In this document: one piece after another, positions 45,538 to 58,155 of the stretch
Layout: each line of letters starts with the position of its first letter
How positions within the stretch are numbered: position 1 is the stretch's first letter
Origin: Azolla caroliniana
Lineage: Eukaryota > Plantae > Polypodiophyta
NCBI GenBank assembly: GCA_043228905.1
Contig: JBHGNT010000001.1
Coordinates: 16,740,001-16,804,000 of the forward strand
Reading direction: 5' to 3'
DNA: 64,000 bases
Program-made: the position numbers and the translations under genes
Notes under the pieces: generated by a model
Databases searched by the model: none
What the model saw: the letters and a program-made list of their open reading frames with translations, nothing else
What the model was told of the DNA's origin: nothing

Positions 45538-46782
45538 GGTGGCCGACCACCCTAAAAGATGCCGTGAAGTATAGCAGAGAATGCGATTTGTGTCAACGAC
45601 TGGGCCAACCCACAGAGCAGGCTCAGATGCCACACCACCCGGTCTTGCCCTTGGAACCGTTTCAAAAGTGGGGGTTGGACTTTGTCGGTCCCTTCAAACC
45701 ACCGGCAATGCGAACCGGAAATCGGTATGTCATAGTGGCGACCAACTATTGCACCAAATAGGTAGAAGCAAAGGCCTTACGGGACAACACGGCCGCGTCC
45801 ACGGCAAAGTTTTTGTACGAGTGCATATGGTGCTGGTATGGATGCCCGATCGAGCTTATAAGTGACCAAGGAGGACATTTTCTCGGGCAGGTAGTAGAAA
45901 GCCTGACGTCATTTTACGCGGTGGTACATAAAAAGAGTACTCCCTACTACCCTCAAGCCAATGGACTAGCGGAATCAACGAACAAAACTCTGCAGAACAT
46001 CCTACGAAAAATTGTCAACGAGAACCGGACCGACTGGGATACGAAATTGCAAAGCGCGCTATGGGCGTACCGAACAACCTACAAAACCAGCATCCGAACA
46101 ACCCCGTTTCGGCTAGCATTCGGTTTAGAAGCGGTCATGCCGGTAGAGTTCCGGATCCCCAGCTTACGGATTCAGGTGAAGGAGCGCTTAAGTGAGAATG
46201 AGTCCGAACGAATCCGGCTGGCGATGTTGTTGGAATTAGAAGAAAACCAAATAGCCAGCTTACTACAACTCAAACTGGAGCAAAGGAGGAGAAAAGCTTT
46301 CGTGGACCGACACCGGTGTGGCAACGAAAAGGAGTTCGAAGTCGGGAAACCGGTGCTACTATTCCAGACACGGATGGGGAACATGCCGGGAAAGTTGCGG
46401 TTTCGGTGGACCGGACCGTTCTGGATCACCAAGGAGTACAATGGGTCATATCAGCTCGGCACGTTGTCTGGAGATGTCATCGGCAAGTGGGCAAATGGGT
46501 GTCGGCTAAAGCCGTATAAGGGAAATATGCCAGCAAACCCGTTCAAGCAAAACCCGGAAATCCGGCAAGATGAGGAACCGACACCGACAAACGCTGCTGA
46601 AGATATTCGGACCGAGGAAGAACCGACACCGACAGACGCTGCTGAAGATATTCGGACCGAGGAAGAACCGACACCGATACTGACAAAGACTATCCCGGAA
46701 AACCGACAGAAGGATCCGGTATCCACACGAACCAACCCGAACAAATCGGGGGGGACCAGCAAATGACGTGGTCCAAACAAAG

Positions 46783-46816
<34 letters not shown>

Positions 46817-47189
46817 CGTGGGCAAAATCGACGCGAATCATAGTAATGATGGGGAGATCACAAGAGGTGGGAGCGCCACCATGCAACGAAGAGGCGCCAT
46901 GCATTAAAGAAGGACGTGCGCGTACTTGCTATTTAAAGCATGGAACGTGGGCACTCACACGTGGCAAACAAGAAAGGACATACTAATTATGGCGGGAGAG
47001 GAACATGCGCGGGAAACGAAAAAGGGCGGCTCGAGGCAAAAGCCACTATATAAGACACAGGCCTGCGAAGGACTCACTTTTTACGAATTTTCCTACATAG
47101 AGGCGCAGAAGCACAGAAGAGCGATCCGACGCACAGAGCACACATAGCCCGATCCCGAACAACAGGCAGCAGAAGAAGAATTCGAAACA

Positions 47190-49451
47190 ATGGTACTGTC
47201 GGAAGAGGCATGCCAATGGATGAGGGAGAACGGGTTAAAAGGATTGATGCGGATCGCCGACGCTCCACCACACGCAGAACCAGAGCAGGCGGCAGCATCA
47301 ATCGATTTATCAGAAGTCACGGAAGGAGCGGTGCAGGCGCTCACGGGGATAAAAGCAGGAGGACTTCAAACAATCGAAAACCCTTCAAGTGAAATCCTGT
47401 TCGAATATTTCGGTGAGTACTCTATCAGCAGCAAGGCATACCGAACGCAGGGCGGAGAGAACCTGCTGTTCGGAGAAGTGGCCTGCGCCATGATGGAATA
47501 CGGATTCGTGAATCCCGTCCCCCGGCCATAGCCAAGTACCGGGCAGCGTTCTTAATAGCAGCGTACGAAGGCTTACAAATAGAATGAACAAGCACCGGAG
47601 CCAGAGAAAAGGCCGGAAAAACAGCCTAAGCAAGGCCACCCCGACACAGGAAGAACAAAGCCACAATGGTTGAGATGGCTTTCGGAGCAGTTATCGGGAG
47701 TAGCGGACCAGTTAGAGAAAGAAGAAACGTGTAGGCAACAGCTGACGCATACAACAACTCAGGAGTTGGTCGCGCTCCGAACACAGATCGAGGAAATGCA
47801 AGGGGAGCTGTTGTAGGCAAGGGAAGGAATTCAACAAGCACAAGTTGTCACCGAGCCGGTCGGGACAACAAGGAAGCAACCAGAACCGGAACCGGAACCG
47901 GTAGCCTTGCAAACCGGCCCTGAGACCGAAAAAATAATAGAAACCTTACGAGAGGAATTAAAAGCTCAGGAGGCATTAAGGGAAAGAGAAAGGGAGCAGC
48001 GGAAAGCGGTGGAGGACGACAAACGAAAAATGGAAGAAGGCCTCCGGAAAGGTCGAGCCACTAATGACCGACTGCAAGAAGAAAAAGAGAAGCTGCAAAA
48101 GGAGAAGGACCGACTGCGTCGACATGCCGAGCAGGAGATAGAACGACTGCAGGAAGAACTCCGACAACAGAAGGACCGGGACGATCGGTTAAGAGCTCAG
48201 GCAAACCGACGCCTGAAGCAGAAGACGGAGGACTTCGACCGTCTCTACCGAGATCACAAGCAGGCCGAGTCGGACAACAAGAAACAGGCAGTAGACTATG
48301 ACCGACAAATAGAGAAGCGGAAAGAACAACTCAAAGAGACCCGATTAGACCTGGCTAAGGCAATAGATGAGGTCAGTGCCAACAAGGAAGCATTGTCGGC
48401 GGAAATAGCCCAAGCGACGGAGAGAAGGAAGGAATTAGAGGCGCTAAGGCGGGAAAAGCTGGATCTGACCAAGATCAGGAATGAAGAAAAGGAAAAATCG
48501 ACCTTCACGATCAGCAAACTGCAAAGTACCTATGAAAAGCAGAAAGCGGATTACGAGGCCCAGGCTCAGATAATGGCCGACATTATAAAACGGGCAAGAA
48601 AGGAAAAGCAAGAAGCTTATGCGCATGCTAAGGCAGGGGTTGACCGGATCAAGCTCATCATGTCAGGATGGAGTACCCGAGCTCAGGCAAGCATCAACGA
48701 AAGTACGGAAAAGCTATGGAAGGAGTGGTCACAACAGGCAGCCGAGCTGCAGACACTCCGAGCGGATGCCGAGAATCGGAGGAAGACCGGTGACAAGTTC
48801 TACAAGATGGATGAGGAAAGTATCGTTGCCATTCGGGAAGAATTGTCGGAAGATTTCTACACTTTAGCAGAAGAACATCTCAACGAAATCCGAGGGTTGG
48901 TAGAGAGGTTGGATGACGGGTAGCTCGCAACTCAGTTGGAGTTGGAGAGATACGAGCAGGACCGGTTACGACAGGAAGCTAAGGGAAGAACGACGCCAAT
49001 CACTATAAGTGAGGGAGAGCGACCGACTGAAGTTGAACCAACCGACACCGAACAACCCCGACGAGGAATACCCGAAGAAGAACTTCCGTTCGAAGGAGAA
49101 GAAGAAGAGCAGGAGCAGACCGATGCCGGAGAAGAAGAAGAGTTGAGACCGGAAGACACCAGAGCAGAGGAAGAAGGCGTACCGAGCCAACCAGTCGAGA
49201 CCGGAGAAAGCGACACTGGTAACAGAACAGAGCCTGGAACAGAGGGAGAACTGGAAGAACCCGGACGAAGCGGTGAGGAAGCACCGGCACCACAGAATCA
49301 AGCAGAGCCAGAGCAGCAAATTTTTACGGAACAGCCCACCCAACCGGAGGTCAGAGACCAGGCAGGCAAGGAACAGGAACAGGAACAGGAGGAAGAAGCA
49401 CCACTTGACACCATCGAGCAGAGTGTGCTCGATATTTTGGAGGAAGAATGA
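47190..49451 (+). pseudogene. Extra ORF of element D (homolog of 6589-9249), with stops and an internal deletion
   Basis: Fragments 47190-47531, 47907-48923 and 48936-49451 align by eye with the element C eORF; TATATAAG at ~47047 upstream. Confidence 0.85.
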
Positions 49452-49483
49452 GGCCGGAAGTGGATTCGAAGTGCAAGGCACTT

Positions 49484-49499
49484 TCCCACGGGCGTGCCA
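49484..49499 (+). promoter_or_regulatory. tRNA-Arg 3'-end-like sequence TCCCACGGGCGTGCCA in place of a PPT (a PBS on the minus strand)
   Basis: Ends in CCA 2 nt before the 3' LTR; identical 16-mer in element C. Confidence 0.75.
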
Positions 49500-49890
49500 T
49501 GTGTTGGCCGGTCAGAAGAGCAAGGACAAGTGGGAAGGCGGAGTCGGATCGGATAATAGGAAGTAAATAATAGTAGAATTATTATTCGGAGGGACGGATC
49601 CGGTACAGTTGTACCGATCCGGATCCGGACCGATTCGGATGTCGGTTGCCTAAGCGCACCGATTGTAACCTTGCCGGATGCCTATAAAAGGATCCGATGA
49701 TTTGTAAAGGGTTTGACGGAAGTAATACAATAGTAATTATTGCGTGTTTATCTGTATCTCGTATTGTTTACCGTCTGTGCTTAATTGTAATCATCTTACG
49801 CGTGTAACCTAGCATCCAATCCTTACCACCCCTTTGGAGAAGTGTCGGATAGACACCTGTGTTGAGGCTAGTCCGGCCAGGTAGACAACA

Positions 49891-52471
49891 ATCTGATGAA
49901 TCGCTACACAACATCAAGAGTGCACGATATTACCCCCTAAGAAAAGTTCTATGGGAAGAAACCAGATCTATCCCACATCAGGATATTCGTTTCAATAGCA
50001 TATATACATATTCCCGACGAGAAGCGGTAGAAGCTTGATCCAAAGTCGAAGAAATGGATACTTGTAGGATACTCACTCGAGCAAAAAGGGTATAAGTGCT
50101 TCAACCATTCCACCAAGAAGGTACGAGTGAGTAGGGATGTGGTATTCGACGAATCGGCATCCTAGTATACAGTTGAATCAACCCCATTTGACGTAGTCAA
50201 AACTGAGTTCAACACAGATGCAGAGGAGGATGATCGACAGAGGCCTACATCAAAGGAAAGTCCAATCTCAACCAGGTTGAGTTGACCACAAGAGCCTCTA
50301 AGTGGCCAAAGCACGTTGCGGCCTAGTCCGAAACAGGACAAAGGAAAGGCCAAAATTCTTGAGTACAAAGACTCAGATGGAAACGAATCGGACCACTCTG
50401 AGCATGGTGGACTGGATGTGCCCATCATAAGGACACCAGGAGAACCACGTCAATCCACCTGAGAGAAGAACGTAGTCAGCCGATTTAGCTACAATGACTA
50501 CATGGCATATCATTATGCATTCATGATGAAGGTGGCGACAGTCCGAAGACCGAAAACCTTTTCCGAAGCCGCGAAGGACCCTAGATGGGTTGAGGCGATG
50601 AATGAGGAGATGCAAGCACTCTCCAAGAACGAGACATGGGATCTCGTCCCTTCTTCACACCACCAAAAGGCAATTGGATGCCGGTGGATCTTCAAAGTGA
50701 AGCACAACGCCAACGGCACTGTCAATCGGTACAAGGCCCGGCTTGTGGCGAGGGGATACGCACAGATGCACGGTGTTGATTACGAAGAGACCTTTGCCCT
50801 AGTGGCAAAGATAGCTACAATTCGAACCGTGATCACACTTGTAGCAGCAAAAGGGTGGCACCTCCGCCAAATGGATGTAAAGAACGCCTTCCTACAAGGT
50901 GAGTTAGACGAGGAGGTGTACATGGTGCAACCACCCGAATTCGTGTTAGGTACGCATCCGACTGTTGTCTGCCGACTGAAAAAGCCTCTCTGCGGTCTCA
51001 AGTAGGCACCGAGAGCATGACACTCGAAGATAACCCAATATCTTCATCAAATCAGCTTCAACATGTCCAAGTCCGACAACTCTTTGTTAGTCCGGAGCCA
51101 CTCCAGAGGACAGGTATTTATCATCATTTACGTGGATGACATGATCATAAGAGGAGAGCATTTAGTAGACATTGAGCATATCAAGAAGCTCCTCTCCAAC
51201 CGATTCGAAATGAAAGACATGAAGGAGCTTCATTACTTTCTAGGAATAGAAGTAATTCGGACTCCGGACGGCATCATGCTTTCACAAAGGCACTATATCC
51301 TCAATCTTCTTTACAAGTTTGGGATGACACAATGTAAGCCCGTCACTACCCCTCTCAATCACAACCTAAAGGTAGATGCCAACTCCAGCACAAGAGAGTG
51401 TGAGTCGATGCTCTATCGACAGCTAGTCGAAAGCCTCATCTACCTCACAATTACCCGACCCAACTTGTGTTACCCGGTTGGCCTCCTTAGCCAGTTCATG
51501 CAGACACCAAGAAACATCCACATGGACCATGCTAAGCGTGTAATATGGTATGTGAGTGGAACCATGGATTTCAGCATCCTCTACGAATCAGCCACATCGA
51601 CACAACTCGAAGGGTATACAAATGTTGACTGGGTTGTCTACAAAGCTGACAAATGATCAACCTCACGATTCGTTTTCTCCCTCGCCAGCCGAGCAATCTC
51701 CTAGAGTAGCAAAAAGCAATCAACAGTCGCACTGTCGAGCATCGAAGTTGAATACAAGGGTGCAACCATAGCCGCATGTGAAGTTGTTTGGTTCAAGAGA
51801 ATCTTGAAGGATCTGGGCGTTCCTATGAAGGATCCGATTCTCTTTTACTGCAAGAACATGAGCAGTATTCACCTTGCACGAAACCTAGTCTTCCATGCTC
51901 AAACTAAGCACATCGAAATGCACTATCACTTCATTCGAGAGTGTGTTTTGGCCAGGGATGCCAACCTACACCACATCAACACAAACCTACAGACGACCAA
52001 CATCTTCACCAAGGGCCTGGGAGTCGACAAGCTTCTGCAGTTCGCAACGAACTTGGGTCTTTCGACCGTCGACCAACCGAGCTTGAGGGGGAGTAAGGAG
52101 CAGCAAGAGTGAACCGGACCAACCGAAGCCAACCCGAAGACCAGTTCGAACCAACCATCCGATGACCGAAAGTTGTGTTTGAAGGGGCATGTTGAGAATC
52201 AAACTCAACTTCCCGTGTGTGGGAACACAGCTTAGGATACTCAAGTGTGTGAACACCCCACCTCTCTGTATAATAACTAGTGTGTCTTAGAAGTTAATGT
52301 TCTATGACACATATTCCTTAGGTAGTTAAGACACGACCTCTTTCCCAAAAGGCGATACTAGTAAGAGAACTTAGTGAGAAGGTGACTACATAAGCACCTC
52401 CTTTTTGTATTGTTGTTGATCATTTTGGTCTCCTTGTTAATACAGTTTTTTGCTTTTTTTTGTAATCGCGA

Positions 52472-52523
<52 letters not shown>

Positions 52524-52558
52524 CACACACACACAGTTCTTCCATTCGATTCTTTACA
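49891..52558 (+). mobile_element. Copia H, 3' part: integrase end, RT, RNaseH, PPT and probable 3' LTR from 52190 (end uncertain)
   Basis: KARLVARGY, QMDVKNAFL, YVDDM and KHIEMHYHFIRE motifs; GAAGGGGCA followed by TGTTGAG at 52190. Confidence 0.85.
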
Positions 52559-52829
52559 CATTCACAAAACATAAGGTTGAAGGCATATATGAGCGAGTGA
52601 TAGAAACTTATTAATGGGAACTTTCGAGTCTATTACATATTTTCGTCCACCAAGTGCTTGTGACTGGATTCCTTGAAGTGATTAGGGGGACCATAAGGGA
52701 GAAAATCCTGGCCTTTTCCAAGTGTATTACTGATGTTTATAGAACACATTTTCACTTTTGATGGCCTGCTTTTAGGGCATACACAAACAATACATAATAA
52801 AAGAGACTTTGCAACGATTGATTGTGTCA

Positions 52830-52942
52830 TATTATTTCTCTCATTGAATCAATGATACGTATGGAGAGAGAGACTCCCGTCAATTAATCCTATTATTTCT
52901 CTCATTAAATCAATGATACATATGGAGAGAGAGACTCCCGTC
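52830..52942. repeat. 52-bp direct repeat with 61-bp period
   Basis: TATTATTTCTCTCATT(G/A)AATCAATGATAC(G/A)TATGGAGAGAGAGACTCCCGTC at 52830 and 52891. Confidence 0.85.
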
Positions 52943-53135
52943 GTTAACGACAATCATAATGATGGTGAACATACATACATTATTACATATTACAGATTTG
53001 ACTTCCAACTCCATTAGTTACATTACACCATCATTTGTTCATTGGGTCCGTGAGTTACAGCCAGCATCTAGAAACTACATATCGAAGGAAGGGAGTATGT
53101 ATGTATGGTAATGGTGTGCATGTATGTATACATTC

Positions 53136-53137
<2 letters not shown>

Positions 53138-53171
<34 letters not shown>

Positions 53172-53817
53172 CAGGAGCAGGAGTAGGAGCAGGAGCAGTG
53201 TGAGAGGTTCGAATATTCAAATTTCAGATTCACATTGGGCACATGAAGGAAGGTTTTATGGCCAGGCAGAAGGCAGCTTCACCATAAATTATAATTATGT
53301 ATGTACATACATACATACATACATACATAGTCATAGCATATGTAACGAAGATGCCTGCCTCCCTCTTCTGTAATGAGATCCATCCATCCATCCATCCATC
53401 CATCTATGGTGGCTAGGCAACCTAATCTTCCTCCTCCACCAATGAATGAGTGAATGAATGAATGAATGAAGGAAGGAAGGAAGGAATCAGCCAGTCGTCC
53501 CATACCTCAACGCTGCCGCGCGGAATACATCAGCATGTGCTTCAATACACGCTGTCAATTTCACAGCCATATATATGATAAGTTAAGTAGTAAGGCTTTC
53601 ATTTCTTTCCGCATCATCACTACCACATTCTTTTGAGTTGGACCTTTACTCACTCACTCACTCACTCACTCACTCAACCCATTCCTTCCCTTCCCTTCCC
53701 TTCCCTTCCCTTCCATTCTATTTCATACAAACATGATTATATGATTTGCTTTGGTGATGTGTGTGGGTGATGCACAGACAGCAGCAAACTTCTACTACTA
53801 CAAACGCTATTCCTTTC

Positions 53818-53850
<33 letters not shown>
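53138..53850. repeat. Microsatellite cluster in the 3' UTR and introns ((TG)n, (CATA)n, (CATC)n, (GAAT)n, (CACT)n, (CCCTT)n, (GATT)n)
   Basis: Directly visible simple repeats. Confidence 0.9.
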
Positions 53851-53851
<1 letters not shown>

Positions 53852-56800
53852 GGAACAGATTCAGTCATTGCCCACCCACCTTGCCAAGGGTTGGAATATC
53901 CAGACCCCATGGTGATGACCAAGGGTGTCCTGTGTGTGAAGCAGCATGTATACACAATGTTGTTCCTGTGGAGCAGCCCTTGTCTACAGCAAAGAAAAGC
54001 AGAGAGCAGAGTTTTAATCAGAATATGAAGGAAGAAGCCAAAATCAGCGCTGCTCTGCTCTCAGTTTCAAGAAAACAATTAATAATGGAAAGACTTGACC
54101 TTGTCATCGAAAACTTTCCAGAAACATCCTCACCGAGAGCATCCACTCCTGCCTACAAAGAACACATCATCATCAACAGCATATTTACAAGGGATCAAAA
54201 AGTCGTGTTCAGTTAATCGCGGTCATACATACAACCAACCGCATAACTGATCACCACCACTAACGACCTCATGCGTCACACTCGGTTCAAACATAATAAT
54301 AAATAAGACTCCACGATCGATCTCAAATAAAGCTGGAACCAACCCGAAAAAAGACCAAGCCTGGATTATGAAGATTGAAGATTTGGTCCAGTTTTTGGGA
54401 AAGCATTGCAATATAATAATCATCCCCTGTACAGTCAAGCAAGCTGGAACCATCATGAGACGTGCTTGTTCCATGTAGGTTGAATGTGACCACTCGATTA
54501 TCTTTCTTAAACAATCTAAGCATGCTTTCATTCTGCATGATTTGAAAACAAACAGAAGATTTAGCACTGATACGACTGGAATTCTGCTTTAAATTCTCAA
54601 AGACCTTTCATTCATTATTGAGCTGCGAGCATATACCTCCATGTTGCATGCTACCTGGCATGCCTCTGAATGCAAATGCAAATGTATAAGCAACAGTATA
54701 TGCAATGTATTCGAGTGATTCCGAGAGAAAGGTTAGAGTTTTGTGTGCAATCTTCTTCTTTTGTGCTTGGTCCCTGACCATCCTTGTTTAGGTTGTTCAT
54801 AGGCACACATGTGACATTTTGACAATTCACATCTACCTGTGGGGCCAATCCGATGGTATAAGCCCCAACCAATGAAATATTATATGATGGACTCCCACTT
54901 GGCTATAACTATTTAGGTACCAAGAACCACAGTTCCTTCCCCCTTCCCCCTTCCCCCCATAGAGCTAAGCCATAGTGAGCCTAATTACACATGTACGGTG
55001 CTACTTGAGCACATTCCCTGCAATGGCAGGGCTACTATGTATATGATTATGCTGTAAGGGAAGAACAGGTGTTTGAACTTAAAACACATCCAATCCATGC
55101 TATGTAGATATGGGCTTCTTTTGTGATGTAGCTTTGAAGCACTTAATTATTATCATACAGACATCCCTAGCTTCAAACTCGGTTATTCTTTTTGGTTTAT
55201 TACCATTTTGACTCACTCCTTTTATTCTGTCTATCTCATTTTGCTCACTTGCAAAAATGCACCCTTAACTTGTAAGACCTTGTGCTGTTTGAAACATCAA
55301 TATGTCAACCGCATTGAATCAGCTGCACCATCATTTTTTGAATACTCATGATTTCATGCAGTTTGTTTTTGTTCATTGAAACTGGTCATGAACCCATCTA
55401 GTGGCGCCATTAAAGTTTCATTATGATCAAGATGTAAGTTGAAACAAACACATGGACATCAACATACATATTGTCGCTCATTAGGTCTTGTTGCGTTGTC
55501 GACGACATGGGAAAGTAAAGTTGAAAATGTTCATTGCTGTGTTTTTGTTTTTGCAAGTTGAGTGGAACAATGACATTATTAGAAAATGTATAGTGAAGAT
55601 TGGGCTTGCCTGATACACGTCAAGATTGATAACTAGCACAGGCCTTTTTGAGTTGCAAATTTGGGGATAACACTGCAGGGCAACAGATGTAGCTACTGCA
55701 ATGTCGTCGAATATTCCTGTAACATAAAATGATTTCTCAGTTTGAAAATCTCACTGATTTTTCATCCTCAACAGGTATAGGTTTGCATTGTATCAAAGTA
55801 CCAGATGGAACCAAATGATACCCCTTCACAAGGTTTAAGAAACCATGCCCACTTATATTTGCTGATGCCAAACGTAATCCAAGCATTACAACATGCATGG
55901 CTGCTATAGTTCCCCTGCCGGAAAGAAGAAAGAAAGATTTTTATGCTTTTAGGCATGAATATGCCGAGACTTGTCACATTTTGTTAATCCATGAGTATGT
56001 AGAGAGAGAGAGAGAGAAAGGGAAAGAAAGAAAGCTGTACCCTGTTGAAGCACGTGACCTAGTAACGAGCTCATGACTGCATTCGAAATCGAGTTGATGC
56101 AACTTCTCTTTATTCCATTCTCTATCAATCAAATTTTTTATATAACTGTAGCAATGAGAAAGAAAAAAGTAGATGAGCGTTTCTGTATGATTGATCAATG
56201 AAGCTATGAACACATGAGATAGAGAGAAAGAAAGAAAGCCAACTTTTCTTTCCCTTTGTACAGATACCATTCATCATATACCAGACAAAGTTCTTGGGGA
56301 AAGGCCAGTGGTGAAGGCAATGTGGTGAGAAGGTTTTGGGAAGCAGCATCATCGATCTCGAGTAATAATCTAGTGGCCTGACACCTGTAACACATAGGAA
56401 CAGCACTCTTGGTAAGAGATTTTGCTCAGCACCTGAATCCGGACACATTAAACTCTGAAATTGCCCTCGGTTTTTCTTATCACCCCGAGCTGCCCATATT
56501 ATTAGTGCAACAGGTGTTTGTGGCATTTGGAGAAATAAGGATAAACTCGGGGGCATTTGGGAGGTTTCTTTTGGACGAATCTATAAGGCCAACAATATCC
56601 TCAGTATTAACTGCAATTGAAGATGTAACTGGAGAGACATCCACTTTTATGTGAGTTCCACTTTCAGCTACATTATTACCCCTACTGTTAATATAGCTAG
56701 TAAGGCTATATTATTACTATTCTGTTAATCTCATGGCAGATGATGCAGTGAAGGTGTTTGGAACCAGAAAATATACAAGAACAGAGTAATACTTGTCAAG

Positions 56801-57539
56801 GCCCTGGAATGTGGGTAAGCTATGGTGGTCGGAGTAGAATGCTACCAAATCCATTCCTTTGTCAATGGAAGAAGCTTTTCTTTTAGTCTCAGTTATCACC
56901 ATATCATCCATTAAAGAGACATCTGAGGTTGAACTTTCCAAATCTCTTTCATTTACTGCTAAACATCTAGCCCGAAAAGACATGAACGAAGATCAGCTCA
57001 TAGTACATATAGAGATTGAACAGAATAAAAGAAATTACAAAATCAAATAGGCTATTATTATGTTAGAAATTAATAACAAAACAACTAAAGAAGTGGCAAA
57101 TAAAAGACATGAACGAAAGAGAAATCAGCACATCAGGAAGAGATGGAGCAGAAATGAGCAACTATGGGTTTCACTGCGGAATAGAGAGAAAAGCCTGTAC
57201 TATGAGGCGAGAAACCCTGTACTATGAAGTCAAGATCCCAAAGGGGATTAACAAAATGAAGACATACAGTTTGGACGACGCTGTTTTTGCAAGAAAAACT
57301 CCGTATTCATAACAATCAAAATGAGCAGAGAAATAAGGAAGGAGTCAAGGATGAGAATTCACACACCTTGGGATAGAAAGGAGGCCACGAGGATGAAGGA
57401 TGTGAGGTTGCGACAGTTGGGCTGAGAGCTTTTGGGGAGAAGAAGTGGACTTGAAATTGTCAAGGATGGGCAATGGAGCAGAGGAGAGGAAGAAACTCCT
57501 GCTGCTGCTGCTGCTGCTGCAGTAGTAGATATTGGCCAT
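53331..57539 (-). CDS. Histone deacetylase-family (class IV / cyanobacterial-type) protein, 405 aa, with probable plastid transit peptide and degenerate catalytic motifs. Exons (minus): 57539-57367, 56966-56793, 56384-56268, 56145-56041, 55914-55802, 55716-55610, 54532-54344, 54152-54100, 53983-53880, 53551-53506, 53367-53331
   Basis: Hand-spliced with all phases consistent (1218 nt); GT-AG introns plus one CAG|GCAAG GC-AG intron. Motifs in HDAC order: AFYSDHH, TRSRASTGGTIAAMH, IFDDIAVA, VLVINLDVYQ, VVTFNLHG, TGDDYY, LVFFRAGVDAL, LVITMGSGYS, AHADVFRAA. Ser-rich N-terminus. Confidence 0.85.
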
Positions 57540-57544
57540 GAATG

Positions 57545-57579
<35 letters not shown>

Positions 57580-58155
57580 AATGTAGTGATTACAATCGAT
57601 GGATGGAATATGTATGTGAACGAATCAATATTTAATCAGTCAAATGAATCAATGAAGGGTTCCCATGACAGTCCATCCCTCAATCGCTATCGCTATCTCT
57701 ATCTCTATCTCTATCTCTATCTCTATCTCTTATGGATGGACCTATCTATATCTATCTATATATAATATAATAGGGAAAAGTACCAGGGGTATATATATAT
57801 ACATAGATTGACCCATGCGTGATATGCGTGGTATTCGGCATCCTCAATATTCGTAATATTCGAGAATATAAAATTGCTCCAAGAATATTATAAAACCATT
57901 CGTTTATGGAAAATAAATTTACATAATAAAAATTATTCAATTCACTTAAAAAAAGAAGGAAAATAAATTTACATAATAAAAATTATTCAATTCACTTAAA
58001 AATCACCAATTAATAGAAAAATGGAAGGTCTTCAAAATCACACTAACATAAGAAAGAAAAGTTTTAATTAAAGCGACTATGAGTCGTTATATTCTAATTT
58101 CTAAGTTCTAACTTCTAACTTCTAACTTCTAAGTAATGCTTCGAAATTTAAGAGT

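Larger units (their letters stand above)
35508..46766 (+). pseudogene. gag-pol polyprotein of element D (single frame; several nonsense codons, one frameshift near 39120, and a copia insertion in the integrase zinc finger)
   Basis: Three Cys/His knuckles; protease IIDGGSGVN; RT LDGFSGYNQI and FLDD; RNaseH VDASDVAIG; integrase WGLDFVGP/ISDQG. Confidence 0.9.
35098..49890 (+). mobile_element. Full-length non-chromovirus Ty3/gypsy element D (LTRs 35098-35455 and 49502-49890; TSD ATCTG) with a nested copia
   Basis: TGTTG...CAACA LTRs that differ by a 32-bp indel and a few substitutions; 5-bp TSD at 35093-35097 and 49891-49895; gag-PR-RT-RH-INT order; extra ORF after pol. Confidence 0.95.

Noticed and set aside
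46783-46814. Poly(A) tail of a LINE/SINE or retrocopy insertion
   Set aside because: No TSD or upstream non-LTR body; an A-rich run occurs at the same position in related element C.
35098-49890. Element D actually oriented on the minus strand, making the tRNA-Arg site its ordinary PBS
   Set aside because: gag-pol, the eORF and the LTR TATA box are all on the plus strand, a separate PBS follows the left LTR, and there is no PPT on the minus strand at that end.
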